From Methylophilus sp. (GTDB lineage: Bacteria; Pseudomonadota; Gammaproteobacteria; Burkholderiales; Methylophilaceae), in assembly GCA_044228125.1 (NCBI GenBank), contig JBGAVM010000009.1, positions 23,020 to 87,019 on the forward strand: 64,000 nt of DNA, read 5' to 3'. Below the pieces are notes generated by a model. The model was not told the DNA's origin. It saw only the letters and a program-made list of their open reading frames with translations, and did not search any database. Shown piece by piece: positions 1 through 8,859 of the stretch. Position numbers and translations under genes: made by a program. The number at the start of each line of letters is the position of its first letter. Positions within the stretch are counted from its first letter, which is position 1.

Positions 1-57
1 TAGAGCACAGGATTCATAATCCTGGGGTCGAGGGTTCAAGTCCCTCTTTCACCACCA
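1..57 (+). tRNA. tRNA with CAU anticodon, probably elongator tRNA-Met; 5' part cut by window edge
   Basis: Anticodon arm CAGGA-TTCATAA-TCCTG, T-arm GAGGG-TTCAAGT-CCCTC and 3' ACCA. The AGAGCACA...CATAAT...GGGGTC layout resembles elongator Met more than Ile2 or fMet. Confidence 0.9.
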
Positions 58-68
58 ATAAAGACGCC
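8..68 (+). repeat. attL (tRNA 3' half plus 11 nt downstream)
   Basis: CAGGATTCATAATCC...CACCACCAATAAAGACGCC, identical to 31916-31976. Confidence 0.95.
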
Positions 69-92
69 CCTTTCGAGAGATTGGGGCGTTTT
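63..92 (+). terminator. Intrinsic terminator after the tRNA (island-supplied)
   Basis: GACGCCCC...GGGGCGTT hairpin followed by T-run. Confidence 0.7.
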
Positions 93-124
93 CATTTGTA
101 GATTTGATTGTTAAATTTTTATTG

Positions 125-142
125 GTGTAGGGGCTGTGTAGG
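125..142 (+). promoter_or_regulatory. Putative integrase arm-type site, left
   Basis: GTGTAGGGGCTGTGTAGG, identical to 31771-31788; contains a tandem TGTAGG. Confidence 0.7.
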
Positions 143-173
143 ATTTTCCTAAAGGCGAATATTTTTATTATCA

Positions 174-338
174 CTACTTGTTAGCATTTTCTTTATTAGC
201 GATCCAATCATTAATCTCACTTAGTCTCCAAACAACTGTCCTCTCAGTTAATTTAATCTGTTTAGGAAATTTATTTTGTTGAATCAACCTATAAATGGTG
301 CTGTGGCTAATACCCAAAATCGAACCTTTATTTAACAT
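174..338 (-). CDS. alpA: AlpA-family excisionase/regulator, 54 aa, N-terminus possibly eroded (not in ORF track)
   Basis: Hand translation MLNKGSILGISHSTIYRLIQQNKFPKQIKLTERTVVWRLSEINDWIANKENANK; S-TIY...FP-I-L...V-W...EI-W is the AlpA signature. Confidence 0.8.
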   Translation of the reverse strand: MLNKGSILGISHSTIYRLIQQNKFPKQIKLTERTVVWRLSEINDWIANKENANK

Positions 339-464
339 TGAGCTTTAATCACAGCCAGCGAGTTAAATCGGCAGAGATATTGTTAAGAGTTTATGGGTCT
401 ACAAGCAGTAATTGACATGTTCCATTCAAGAGATAAAGCGGCGGTTTAATTTAGGTTTTGTTTT

Positions 465-489
465 TTCAGCTAGCGGCCCAAACAGACTA
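465..489 (-). repeat. Cassette-boundary dyad site A
   Basis: TTCAGCTAGCGGCCCAAACAGACT, closely matching site C at 8632-8661. Confidence 0.6.
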
Positions 490-513
490 AGTGCTTCACC
501 TCACGCAGTCGTT

Positions 514-3500
514 TTAAACGAGCTTAGAGTCCTTAGCAGTCCATTGAGAAAATGAGCGATGAATGTGAGAATGAGCTTGGTAGATAAGTTGCCTTACAGG
601 ATCGTGGATGATGTCGTGATTTTCCATCTTCTTTAGCCAGTCGCGTTCGCCCCAGTTGCACCAGACCAGGACTTGACGAGTATCTGTCAGGTAACGTCGA
701 AGAAGATCAGCACGGATGTACAAAAGGCTATGCCGATCTCCCTTCCACCCGTCCCCAGACTCTCGGTAGAGAATCCCTGGCTTTCCCATTGAGTCGTAGA
801 AATCGATCTCATGATTTTTGCTCGCCAGGCCAAGACGCTGAATCAAACTGGGTGCTGGAAGATTGAAGCCTGAAAAATCGTTGTGCGACGAATGGTAAGA
901 CTCCCAGCCAAAGTGAATGTATGGAATCTCAAGGCGAATGCCGGGGATGTGGCGCATTTTCGGGATAGGATCGAGTCCGAGTAGTTCTACAAATGAAATG
1001 TCAGCTTCCATTCCCTCGCCAGACGTCAATTTGATTTTGACTGTGGCAGATGGAGTCTTCTCTTCTGTATGCAAGTGCTCGTATTTATCAAACGCCTCCG
1101 CGAGTTGTCGCCGGTACCGACCGCTCTGCTGGCAAAGGTTTCGCGCATAATTCTGACGGCGCCCAGCCTCTCCAGCGTAGAGATAGTGCTCAGTGGCCCC
1201 TTCGGGGATTTCTCTATTCCCGGGGTATTCCATTGCAAAGAACTTCTCTCTGAAACTACTTACATCTTTGCGTGAAATGAACAATCCACGCAAAAAGGCA
1301 AAGAGTTCTCGATCGTGATTCTTATCTTCTCCTCTGATGTAACCTTGCATGAGCACCCACTCACCTTGGTGTCCGTTGATCTCAGGAACCACGAGCAACG
1401 GATGCCAGTTCGGCGTGAAACCACCCTCGACCCAGGCTTCGGTGGCAATGTCTGGGTCTCCAAATAGGTCAGGAATTGGTGGTGTCCAGTCAGGTGGATG
1501 TTTCGGAAAGCTTGGGTCAATACCGCAATCGGACGTTCTCTCTCCGAGGCGCCAATCAGGTAGCTTTCTCATGGCCTCGCGCTCACCCCACATCTCGAAA
1601 TAGGCAATCCACGAGTACTTTTTCCCGTACCGATCCACCTTCATCTGATTCTGTGCATTCCATGACGTATTGCTGATCTCTCTGTCAGCCATTTTGAATC
1701 GATCAGCTCGGTAACCTAAGTCGAATATTCGTCGTTCGATCTTTGCGCGAACCTGGACATAGTCTGGCTTTTTATCGTCGTAATTTGCTCGGTTGGGTAT
1801 TAAACGACCTAACGTGTAGTTGCCGAAATCCATTTGAATGGCATGACCAATTGCTTCTTTCACAGCTGAATCAGGCGTGCCGTCACTCGCAAAAGTCGAA
1901 GATGTGTTCGGAAACGGAGGTGCAAGATTTCGGCTAGCGGTTTTGGGTAACTTGACGCAATTTACGTGCTGGGCAATCTGGATGATGCCGAGCGCATAAT
2001 CTTGCATCAGGGTGTGGTGGGTTGCATAGCGAGCGCTTGGGCCAAACATATTTCGATAAAGAGTTTTCGCAAGATTCCCGAGTAGAGGTCGAAATGTCGG
2101 AGCCGACTCTGAGTCTACCAGGGACAAGGTCGTCCCGTACGCAGCCGCTAACATGCGTTCTGGCACATAAGGATCATTAAATCTGAGGCTTGTCACCACG
2201 TGGGTGAAAAGAACTTCGGGAAACCTTTCGCCAATCAGCACAAGCGCCTTTGTTGCAAGGTCGCGGTCACTGCGAACGACCGTTGTAAGGACTAGGGATA
2301 ATAGTACAATGAGTTCCGCCGCAGAGAGTTGTGTCATGTTCGCCACGTTGAATTTCTCCGCCCATGTCAGAAGCCGGTGTATGGTTGGCGAAGCATGCCG
2401 TCGTCGAAGATATTCGGACCACTGAAGATCTCGGTCAGGCATCGGGTAGTTTGCCAAGTAATCGTAAAGGCGCTGGGCATGATACGGATGCTTTGGTTTA
2501 GTCGAGACGGCGGCCAACGCGTCAACCATTCGCTCCCACGCCTGAGACCCAGCGTTCAGATATTGATTGATGACAGATCGAGTGCCTTCGGTAAAGGCTG
2601 AAGGGTCGCGCCAAAACATTCCTTCAATGAAAGGGTCGAAGTAGGCATTCAAGTTCTGTGCTCGTTTGGGCAGTACGAAAAACAGTTCGCGTTGCTTGCT
2701 TGGTATTCGCTTCCCTACGCGTTCCGGAAATTCTGTAATTAGCGCCTGCGCCCAACCTGGCTCTGCATACTCCCGTTGATAGCGATTCGAAATCCGGAAG
2801 ATCCGCGCGAGAGGCGACTTTGACGTGAAGCTTCGCTTGATCGTTGTATCCGAAGAAACATCGAGATACGTCTTTAACAAATGTCTAGCTACTATGTGGT
2901 CGCTGAACCGTTGATAGGGAAGTCGAAAGACGACTCGGGACTTGAACCCGGAGTTCGATTCGTACCAGACGGCGTCCTCTTCGATGAGGCCGTTTGTCCG
3001 TAGCTTGTCGAGGAGTTGGCGCCGCTGCGCGGGTCTCAATGCCGGGTAATTGGCTGAGATGATGCGATCGGCCTCTGACGGACGAACATAGCCGCGCAAA
3101 TTAGCCGCCATGCACGGCGCTAACCCAGCGAGTTTCCCGTCAGTGATTTGATCATTCCCCTTCAGCAGTTCCCAACACCCATTGGTTTTCAAACCATATT
3201 CTTGCTCAATCGGCTTGCCAACACCTTTGACGAATGACTCTAGGACGTAAGTCATTCCCTTTTGACCAGAGGCAATACCTGCAAATCCTTGTACCAACTT
3301 CTTGCCTGTAAGGTTTTGGAGTGATAGGCAGATCAACTTCAGTGTGAGTGGCCGTGAAAATTCCCTATCCAACAGTGGCACCTCGGGCAGTGGCAGGTTG
3401 TAGTACTGGAAGAAGGCTGCCTGAGCATCGAATTCCTGATCGTCGAATCCATGGTGTATGACCTTATGAAACTTCTCTAAATTTTTCTGACCGATGGCGA

Positions 3501-4431
3501 TGGTCTCAAACGGCGTTCGGCAAGTGACAATCAAACCAATATTCGGGCGAGCTGCAACGAGTGCTTGAAGAGTGCAAACGGCCTCTCGCCAATCACGACG
3601 GCGGCCCTCGTTTACACCATCAAGGATAATGACCACGCGCTCTGTGGTCTCGTTGGCCAATTCCTCTAGTCGGTCGAAAATCTCAACAACTGAGCGACGA
3701 GCTTCAACCCGCGAACAGATTTCTGCGACAATGTTGCCTTCGAAGTTCTTGGCCAGCACAAGAATAGTGGCCTGATTGCGAGCGATTCGGTCTTGAGTGA
3801 CATCGCACAGCAGATGAGTTTTACCTGTTCCCCACTCACCGCTTACCAACAGCTGCGGATCAAACAGGACTTTAAACGCTGAGCTCTGAATGTACTCTTT
3901 TTCCTCATGCACAATTGATAAACACCTACTAATGTCGTTAATGTTGCCACGAATAGTGTTGCGTGCTGAGGAATAACCACCGTCTTTGTCGTCGGGCGGC
4001 AGCTTGATCTCTTCCGCACGCCAATACTCCATATCCGCCAATAACGCGGATTCAATATCAGCGAGTCGATCTGACCAATCTTTTTCAGCCCCTGCGTCAC
4101 GCGCGCGCAGGCGATCCATCATCGGTGGCAAGAAGGCGCAGGCATCGTTCGCTTTCGCTTGAAGTGCCTCAGGTCGCTGGCTACAGTGTTTGGCACGGCT
4201 CCAAGCCTCTGAAAACGCATCCAGAATCGTCTGAAATCTCGCAAGTGCCCCCGCACCGCAGGCGACGTTCTCAATTGCAGTGAAAAGTGATTCGATCCTG
4301 AGATTGGGTGCTTTAGGATCTATTCCTGGCGTATATCTCTGCCCAGCTTGCCGGATTTGGTCTTTGCTGAGAGCAGTCAACGCTGCCAAAAATGATTCGT
4401 TATCAGGAGGCATAGCTAAACCATAGGACAA
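514..4431 (-). CDS. STAND/NACHT-like NTPase, AVAST type 2 (Avs2)-like antiphage protein
   Basis: 1305 aa. Walker A GEWGTGKTHLLCD, Walker B ILDGVNEG, N-terminal AGQRYTP, and DPYVPERMLAAAYG and RYGKKYSWIAY motifs as recalled for Avs2. True start may be ATG 4413. Confidence 0.7.
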   Translation of the reverse strand: MSYGLAMPPDNESFLAALTALSKDQIRQAGQRYTPGIDPKAPNLRIESLFTAIENVACGAGALARFQTILDAFSEAWSRAKHCSQRPEALQAKANDACAFLPPMMDRLRARDAGAEKDWSDRLADIESALLADMEYWRAEEIKLPPDDKDGGYSSARNTIRGNINDISRCLSIVHEEKEYIQSSAFKVLFDPQLLVSGEWGTGKTHLLCDVTQDRIARNQATILVLAKNFEGNIVAEICSRVEARRSVVEIFDRLEELANETTERVVIILDGVNEGRRRDWREAVCTLQALVAARPNIGLIVTCRTPFETIAIGQKNLEKFHKVIHHGFDDQEFDAQAAFFQYYNLPLPEVPLLDREFSRPLTLKLICLSLQNLTGKKLVQGFAGIASGQKGMTYVLESFVKGVGKPIEQEYGLKTNGCWELLKGNDQITDGKLAGLAPCMAANLRGYVRPSEADRIISANYPALRPAQRRQLLDKLRTNGLIEEDAVWYESNSGFKSRVVFRLPYQRFSDHIVARHLLKTYLDVSSDTTIKRSFTSKSPLARIFRISNRYQREYAEPGWAQALITEFPERVGKRIPSKQRELFFVLPKRAQNLNAYFDPFIEGMFWRDPSAFTEGTRSVINQYLNAGSQAWERMVDALAAVSTKPKHPYHAQRLYDYLANYPMPDRDLQWSEYLRRRHASPTIHRLLTWAEKFNVANMTQLSAAELIVLLSLVLTTVVRSDRDLATKALVLIGERFPEVLFTHVVTSLRFNDPYVPERMLAAAYGTTLSLVDSESAPTFRPLLGNLAKTLYRNMFGPSARYATHHTLMQDYALGIIQIAQHVNCVKLPKTASRNLAPPFPNTSSTFASDGTPDSAVKEAIGHAIQMDFGNYTLGRLIPNRANYDDKKPDYVQVRAKIERRIFDLGYRADRFKMADREISNTSWNAQNQMKVDRYGKKYSWIAYFEMWGEREAMRKLPDWRLGERTSDCGIDPSFPKHPPDWTPPIPDLFGDPDIATEAWVEGGFTPNWHPLLVVPEINGHQGEWVLMQGYIRGEDKNHDRELFAFLRGLFISRKDVSSFREKFFAMEYPGNREIPEGATEHYLYAGEAGRRQNYARNLCQQSGRYRRQLAEAFDKYEHLHTEEKTPSATVKIKLTSGEGMEADISFVELLGLDPIPKMRHIPGIRLEIPYIHFGWESYHSSHNDFSGFNLPAPSLIQRLGLASKNHEIDFYDSMGKPGILYRESGDGWKGDRHSLLYIRADLLRRYLTDTRQVLVWCNWGERDWLKKMENHDIIHDPVRQLIYQAHSHIHRSFSQWTAKDSKLV

Positions 4432-4704
4432 AGCGGATTATCGACTTATTGATAATAGTCCGCAAAATTAATTAAATAGATTCACTATAGCTAAACTTAC
4501 AAAATAATTCGATACATAAATATTTATAACTTATTGCCCCTGTGAGTCAAACGAAGCCCCTACGGATCAAGCTGGCCAGCGAGGGGTTCAGGCGACCCTG
4601 GAAGGTGCGGCAGCAAAAAAGCAGTCCATGCTTTACGACGAACTGAAATGAAATACGTAGCGTCACTTAAATTGGCAAGCTTTATATAAACCTTTACCAG
4701 GTAT

Positions 4705-4908
4705 TTAACCAACTACAATCATTCCTTTGCGGGTGTTGAGGATTTCAGGTTCCAGACTCGGATGTGGTGGTGTGCATGAAGATGCCTGGCGTTTCTTGAG
4801 AATTAAATCCATAGGCTTGTTGTCGAGTTCCGCTATTAGCATCCTGAGTTCCTCGTCCGTCAGTGCCAGCCTGACTCGTCTGCACCAATCATCTGAATTG
4901 AATGTCAT
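4705..4908 (-). CDS. Small hypothetical protein, paralog of 5409-5624
   Basis: Shares C-terminus ILNTRKG(M/N)IVVG-stop and an upstream HP motif with the 5409 ORF. Confidence 0.6.
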   Translation of the reverse strand: MTFNSDDWCRRVRLALTDEELRMLIAELDNKPMDLILKKRQASSCTPPHPSLEPEILNTRKGMIVVG

Positions 4909-4962
4909 AACACGGCTTCCTATTTCAGACCTTGAAATCCAATTGCCAACAGAGGCATCGCC

Positions 4963-5175
4963 TTATTTGCAGCGCGTGTAGATATTGCAAACACCACTTT
5001 CGTCAACCTCAACACCGCGAACGCTATTATCAGCAGGGTGCTCGCCGCCAACCAGAAAATTTGGAATCTCGATATTGTCGCAGAGCCTACGTTTGAAGCG
5101 TTGCCTGACGAAGTAAAGAATGCCGCCACAAAACAATATGTCAAGGATGAAGAAAAAGGTGAGTCCGTCAAACAT
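4963..5175 (-). CDS. Small putative membrane protein
   Basis: ATG start, N-terminal hydrophobic helix followed by basic residues (RQRFKRR). An alternative frame at 4920-5171 exists. Confidence 0.35.
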   Translation of the reverse strand: MFDGLTFFFILDILFCGGILYFVRQRFKRRLCDNIEIPNFLVGGEHPADNSVRGVEVDESGVCNIYTRCK

Positions 5176-5408
5176 ATTTAATTAGCCCTACCAGTTCTTA
5201 TCTGAATACTATTTTCAAATAAGCTGCCTAGCAAGTTATTGGATCAGGTTTGTTTAAAGCCTCTGCGGACCGCAACACCAAATAAGGGGTTTTTAACCCA
5301 CCACAAACCCATTGCGGCGGATTCGCTTCGGTCGCGGGCACATTTTTGCGATTCGGTAAGTTCACAACGTTTTGCAGCTTCATCATTGCCATTCCTCAGT
5401 GCATGCTT

Positions 5409-5624
5409 CTAGCCAACCACAATATTGCCTTTGCGGGTGTTCAAGATCAAAGGTGCTGAATATGGATGTTGTTCCATGGAGGAAGATTTTTTGCCGTCCT
5501 TGCTCGTCAAGTGCGAGGGGTTATCCGGCAGGTCTTGCAGTAGCTGCGAGAAGTCCCCTTGCGTTTTAGCCGCATGCAGGCGATCCTTCCAATAAGGTAT
5601 CTCAAAAATCATTTTGAACTCCAC
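5409..5624 (-). CDS. Small hypothetical protein, paralog of 4705-4908
   Basis: Conserved C-terminal ILNTRKGNIVVG-stop. Confidence 0.6.
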   Translation of the reverse strand: MEFKMIFEIPYWKDRLHAAKTQGDFSQLLQDLPDNPSHLTSKDGKKSSSMEQHPYSAPLILNTRKGNIVVG

Positions 5625-5913
5625 ATCAGTTTTTCATGATACAAATAAGTATCATATTCTGTTTCATCGCCAGCAATAGATTCCCGCGCGCGTAGTTGTT
5701 ACTTTTTGTACATAGTTATCAACTTTCATGTAATAACCTGCATCTAAAAATAGACCTAAGAACCAAAAATTTGATTGCTCTCTCGCGCGCACGCGCGTAT
5801 TTGTCCACTAATTCATGAGCAAACTTGACTGGTTTAATTGCAAGCTTTCTCGAGCAACTAGCAAAAAAGTTCATGGATCTTAGTTTCACTTCAATGCTAT
5901 TGCACTAGAGGCT

Positions 5914-6138
5914 TTAAAGCCAGCCAAGTTTTTTTAAATAATTTGAAACTTTCATTTCTTGTTTGACCATCCTCGATAACTCTCGTAGTCTTGGCCTCCA
6001 AGCGTTTTTGAAAGCATTTCGTGATGAAGTGCGTTTACCTTCTTGTGTTTTAGGCCCGGTGCTTTTTGTCCAAGGCTGCCACTGTCTGATTTTATGGGAT
6101 TGCTCTTTACGTTGCTCTGCTGTCCATTTTCTTGCCAT
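5914..6138 (-). CDS. Small basic protein with STGP-T-EGK motif (HGGxSTG-related, typical of prophage/satellite regions)
   Basis: PWTKSTGPKTQEGKRTSSRNA; GGAG RBS upstream. Confidence 0.7.
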   Translation of the reverse strand: MARKWTAEQRKEQSHKIRQWQPWTKSTGPKTQEGKRTSSRNAFKNAWRPRLRELSRMVKQEMKVSNYLKKLGWL

Positions 6139-6317
6139 GATGCATCTCCATCAGCATTTAATTTGCTTACGTTTATATTTAACGCAAGAAACAAATCTTT
6201 GACAACATTAGTTTCCAGTTAATAGTTCGTTTGGCCAAAATGCAGTTTTTTGGTTACCACTTGTGTATATATGCTCTAATTCTGCAAAGTTTCAAACAAA
6301 CTTTTGAGTAGTAAAAA

Positions 6318-6812
6318 TTAATTGTCTGTATTCCGCTTTGCCTTTCTCCAATCCCAGGGCGCTATTGGATTAGGATCAGCCCATAGACCGCGCTTGGCAT
6401 TTCTGGCTTCTTCTTCAAATGCATACAAATACTCATACCCTTTGTCGTATTTCCGATAGACCCAGGCAAATCCTGATTCAACCATCGCTTGATTAGCGTT
6501 GATGCTGGCACAGTCAACATCACCGACTGAACGTCCATAACGGTCAATACTGACGACTTGGACGCTGGCACTCTTGCCATGACAGAGATCCGATAACTTC
6601 TTTTTACCGCGTTGACCAAAGGGTTGCGCTTTTTCTGGTGCATCGATACCAGCTAGGCGTATTTTGAATTGGGTATTGCTTGCATCCAGAACAGTGAGGG
6701 TATCTCCATCGGATACTCCGACAACGCGGCCACTGATGGTTTCACCGTGAGCAAGCACAGAGAAGGCTAAAGTCAAGCCGAACAGTAATTTTTGAATGAT
6801 ATTGATTGTCAT
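6318..6812 (-). CDS. Secreted thermonuclease (SNase-like)
   Basis: Signal peptide, then VSDGDT, IRLAGIDAPE, DRYGR and ARNAKRGLW motifs. Confidence 0.92.
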   Translation of the reverse strand: MTINIIQKLLFGLTLAFSVLAHGETISGRVVGVSDGDTLTVLDASNTQFKIRLAGIDAPEKAQPFGQRGKKKLSDLCHGKSASVQVVSIDRYGRSVGDVDCASINANQAMVESGFAWVYRKYDKGYEYLYAFEEEARNAKRGLWADPNPIAPWDWRKAKRNTDN

Positions 6813-6842
6813 GGTTATTATTTTTGGAATGGATGAATAAAT

Positions 6843-7124
6843 TTAGTGCGATGGCTTCGTATCAAATCCTTGCATAATCCCACCCAGCACTCCTACCAAG
6901 GTTTCCATGCCACTCGTCATTAAATCAATCTGAGCCTGGTTGGGTGTTTCTGCATAGGCCATCTCAAGCGTCTCTTCCAGCGGAAGCGCCCCATAGACTG
7001 ACTGATAATGTGCGACGTTGATTGCCAACAGCCTTGCGCACTCGACTAGATCCTCTTTTGTAGACACCTTGGCAAGCTGGTCTGCCAGAGTTAGATATTG
7101 GTTGAATCGATACATATCTGTCAT
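6843..7124 (-). CDS. Hypothetical protein, 93 aa
   Basis: Clean ORF, co-oriented and closely spaced with the nuclease gene. Confidence 0.6.
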   Translation of the reverse strand: MTDMYRFNQYLTLADQLAKVSTKEDLVECARLLAINVAHYQSVYGALPLEETLEMAYAETPNQAQIDLMTSGMETLVGVLGGIMQGFDTKPSH

Positions 7125-7290
7125 GGAGAATACTTTCTATTGGATGTGATTTCCGAATGATGTTAAACCTTGCATCCATCACAGTTAGCGCGGTAATAGA
7201 TAAGCAAAGATCTGGTCATTAGTCAGTTTTTTTAAACATAACTTGAAATAAATCTCCCGATTTCTGTTATTTTTTTGATTATGTTTTAAA

Positions 7291-7518
7291 GTGAATATTA
7301 ATCCAGATAACAAAAAGGCAGTAAAGTCGATGAGTTTTATTGCAGAAATGTTGGTGAATTATGGACTGCATATGTTGATATTAATTGTCTTGATTATCGT
7401 CTACGGCCTCATCATCAACTATCGCCGTAATTTCAAGCGGGTTAAATATCGACCTTCTTACAATTGCATGACTATTCGTTTAAAAGGACGTTACTTCGGA
7501 GATAATAGTATCGAGTAG
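7291..7518 (+). CDS. Small hypothetical membrane protein
   Basis: One hydrophobic helix followed by a basic tail; AT-rich. Confidence 0.3.
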   Translation: MNINPDNKKAVKSMSFIAEMLVNYGLHMLILIVLIIVYGLIINYRRNFKRVKYRPSYNCMTIRLKGRYFGDNSIE

Positions 7519-7551
7519 ATTACTCTATGCATTCGAGTTAGTATTAGCAGC

Positions 7552-8220
7552 ATGTCGGCAATATCTCAGCAAAACCTAAACCGGTCTAATCAATTATGGT
7601 GCTCGAAGGTCATGCTATGGACTTTGTCTTTATTCATTTTCTCAAATACTGCAATGGCTATTGAAGAACCAAAATTTACACTGCTGGAAAAAGAACAATC
7701 TTTTGAACTCAGAGCCTATGAGCCTAAATTAATCGCTGAGGTCTCGTTAGATGGTGATCTGAGTGAAGCCTCCAGAAAAGGCTTTAAACTGATTGCGGAC
7801 TATATTTTTGGAAACAATACCGCGCAAACTGGCAAGAGTGAAAAAATCAGCATGACTGCGCCAGTCGCTGTTAAACCATCATCTGCAAAAATTGCCATGA
7901 CAGCACCGGTAGGATTGCAGCCATCCAATAATGGCTGGAGGGTTTATTTTGTCATGCCAAGCCAGTACACCTTACAAACACTGCCTAAGCCAAATAACCC
8001 GCAAGTCTCAATCAAACAAATCCCCAGTCAAAAATTTGCAGTGATTCGGTTTTCTGGGTTAGTGGGTGAAGAAAAAATGGCCGAGAAAGTAATAGATCTC
8101 AATCAATGGATCGCGCGAAAGAACCTGAAAGCGCTCAGTGAACCAGAACTCGCCAGATACAATCCTCCATGGACATTACCCTTTTTAAGGCGTAATGAAT
8201 TGATGGTAGAGGTGGAGTAG
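7552..8220 (+). CDS. SOUL heme-binding protein (likely start 7612, signal peptide)
   Basis: LIADYIFGNN, KISMTAPV, FVMPSQY and ARYNPPWTLPFLRRNE motifs. Confidence 0.9.
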   Translation: MSAISQQNLNRSNQLWCSKVMLWTLSLFIFSNTAMAIEEPKFTLLEKEQSFELRAYEPKLIAEVSLDGDLSEASRKGFKLIADYIFGNNTAQTGKSEKISMTAPVAVKPSSAKIAMTAPVGLQPSNNGWRVYFVMPSQYTLQTLPKPNNPQVSIKQIPSQKFAVIRFSGLVGEEKMAEKVIDLNQWIARKNLKALSEPELARYNPPWTLPFLRRNELMVEVE

Positions 8221-8300
8221 GAATATAATCCAGATCGGATTTGCGTTCATCTTAAAGCGTACTGCGTAATCGCAGCCCAGTCGATTTTAAGTTCAAAAAC

Positions 8301-8324
8301 AAAAAAGGAAGCCTAGGCTCCCTT
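8301..8324 (-). terminator. Terminator of island pqqA
   Basis: AAGGAAGCCTAGGCTCCCTT hairpin with an A-run on the + strand (U-tract on -). Confidence 0.6.
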
Positions 8325-8344
8325 CTTGTATTCCAGTATCGGAA

Positions 8345-8416
8345 TTATTTGTTCATGACGTACATTGTCACTTCAAAGCCGAAACGCATTTCAGTAGCTG
8401 CTGGTTTAGTCCACAT
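8345..8416 (-). CDS. pqqA: PQQ precursor peptide PqqA, island copy (not in ORF track)
   Basis: MWTKPAATEMRFGFEVTMYVMNK with ExxxY motif; AAGGAG RBS. Confidence 0.95.
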   Translation of the reverse strand: MWTKPAATEMRFGFEVTMYVMNK

Positions 8417-8581
8417 AATAATCTCCTTGGTTTAAATGGGTTCAACGTGTACGTTGTTGATGTACATATATTACGCCACCACTAAAAAGCAACACTATTG
8501 GTGTTCATGAATGCAGTATCAGTAAAATCATGAACAAGAAGAAATTTGAATCAACAATTATTCTAAATCTGGAAATGCTGA

Positions 8582-8661
8582 TAAGCGTCTTCTATGCGGG
8601 ACAACGCTGCCGTTCAGTTTAGTTTTTCTGATTTCAGCAATCGGCCCAAAGCTGACCTTCA
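8582..8661. repeat. Cassette-boundary dyad sites B (8582-8616) and C (8632-8661)
   Basis: B: TAAGCGTCTTCTAT-GCGGGAC-AACGCTGCCGTTCA. C: TCAGCAAT-CGGCCC-AAAGCTGACCTTCA. Confidence 0.65.
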
Positions 8662-8821
8662 TAATAACCCACGAAGATTTACAAAACCAATGAATCCCAT
8701 ACCAATAAAAAATATAGCGAATTGTGAATTTTCAAGTACTAGATATTTATCATTCATCCTCTTCCCAAGCAAATTCTTCTTAGATTTTCGCAAAGTAAAT
8801 TGAATGCTTTTTTAATTGCAT

Positions 8822-8841
8822 AACTAGACGACCGGTCTAAT
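8822..8841. promoter_or_regulatory. NemR-type operator 1
   Basis: AACTAGACGACCGGTCTAAT: TAGAC-N5-GTCTA dyad just upstream of the TetR gene, similar to the E. coli NemR box. Confidence 0.75.
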
Positions 8842-8859
8842 TAATGCAATAATGCACTT

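Noticed and set aside
4432-4470. GCGGATTATC...GATAATAGTCCGC hairpin as a tenth cassette site upstream of avs
   Set aside because: Contains GCGGA but lacks the AANGTCNGC arm; too weak to count without a PWM score.
8594-8803. 69-aa ORF before nemR
   Set aside because: Starts inside dyad site B and crosses site C; no RBS or protein-like features, so probably spurious.
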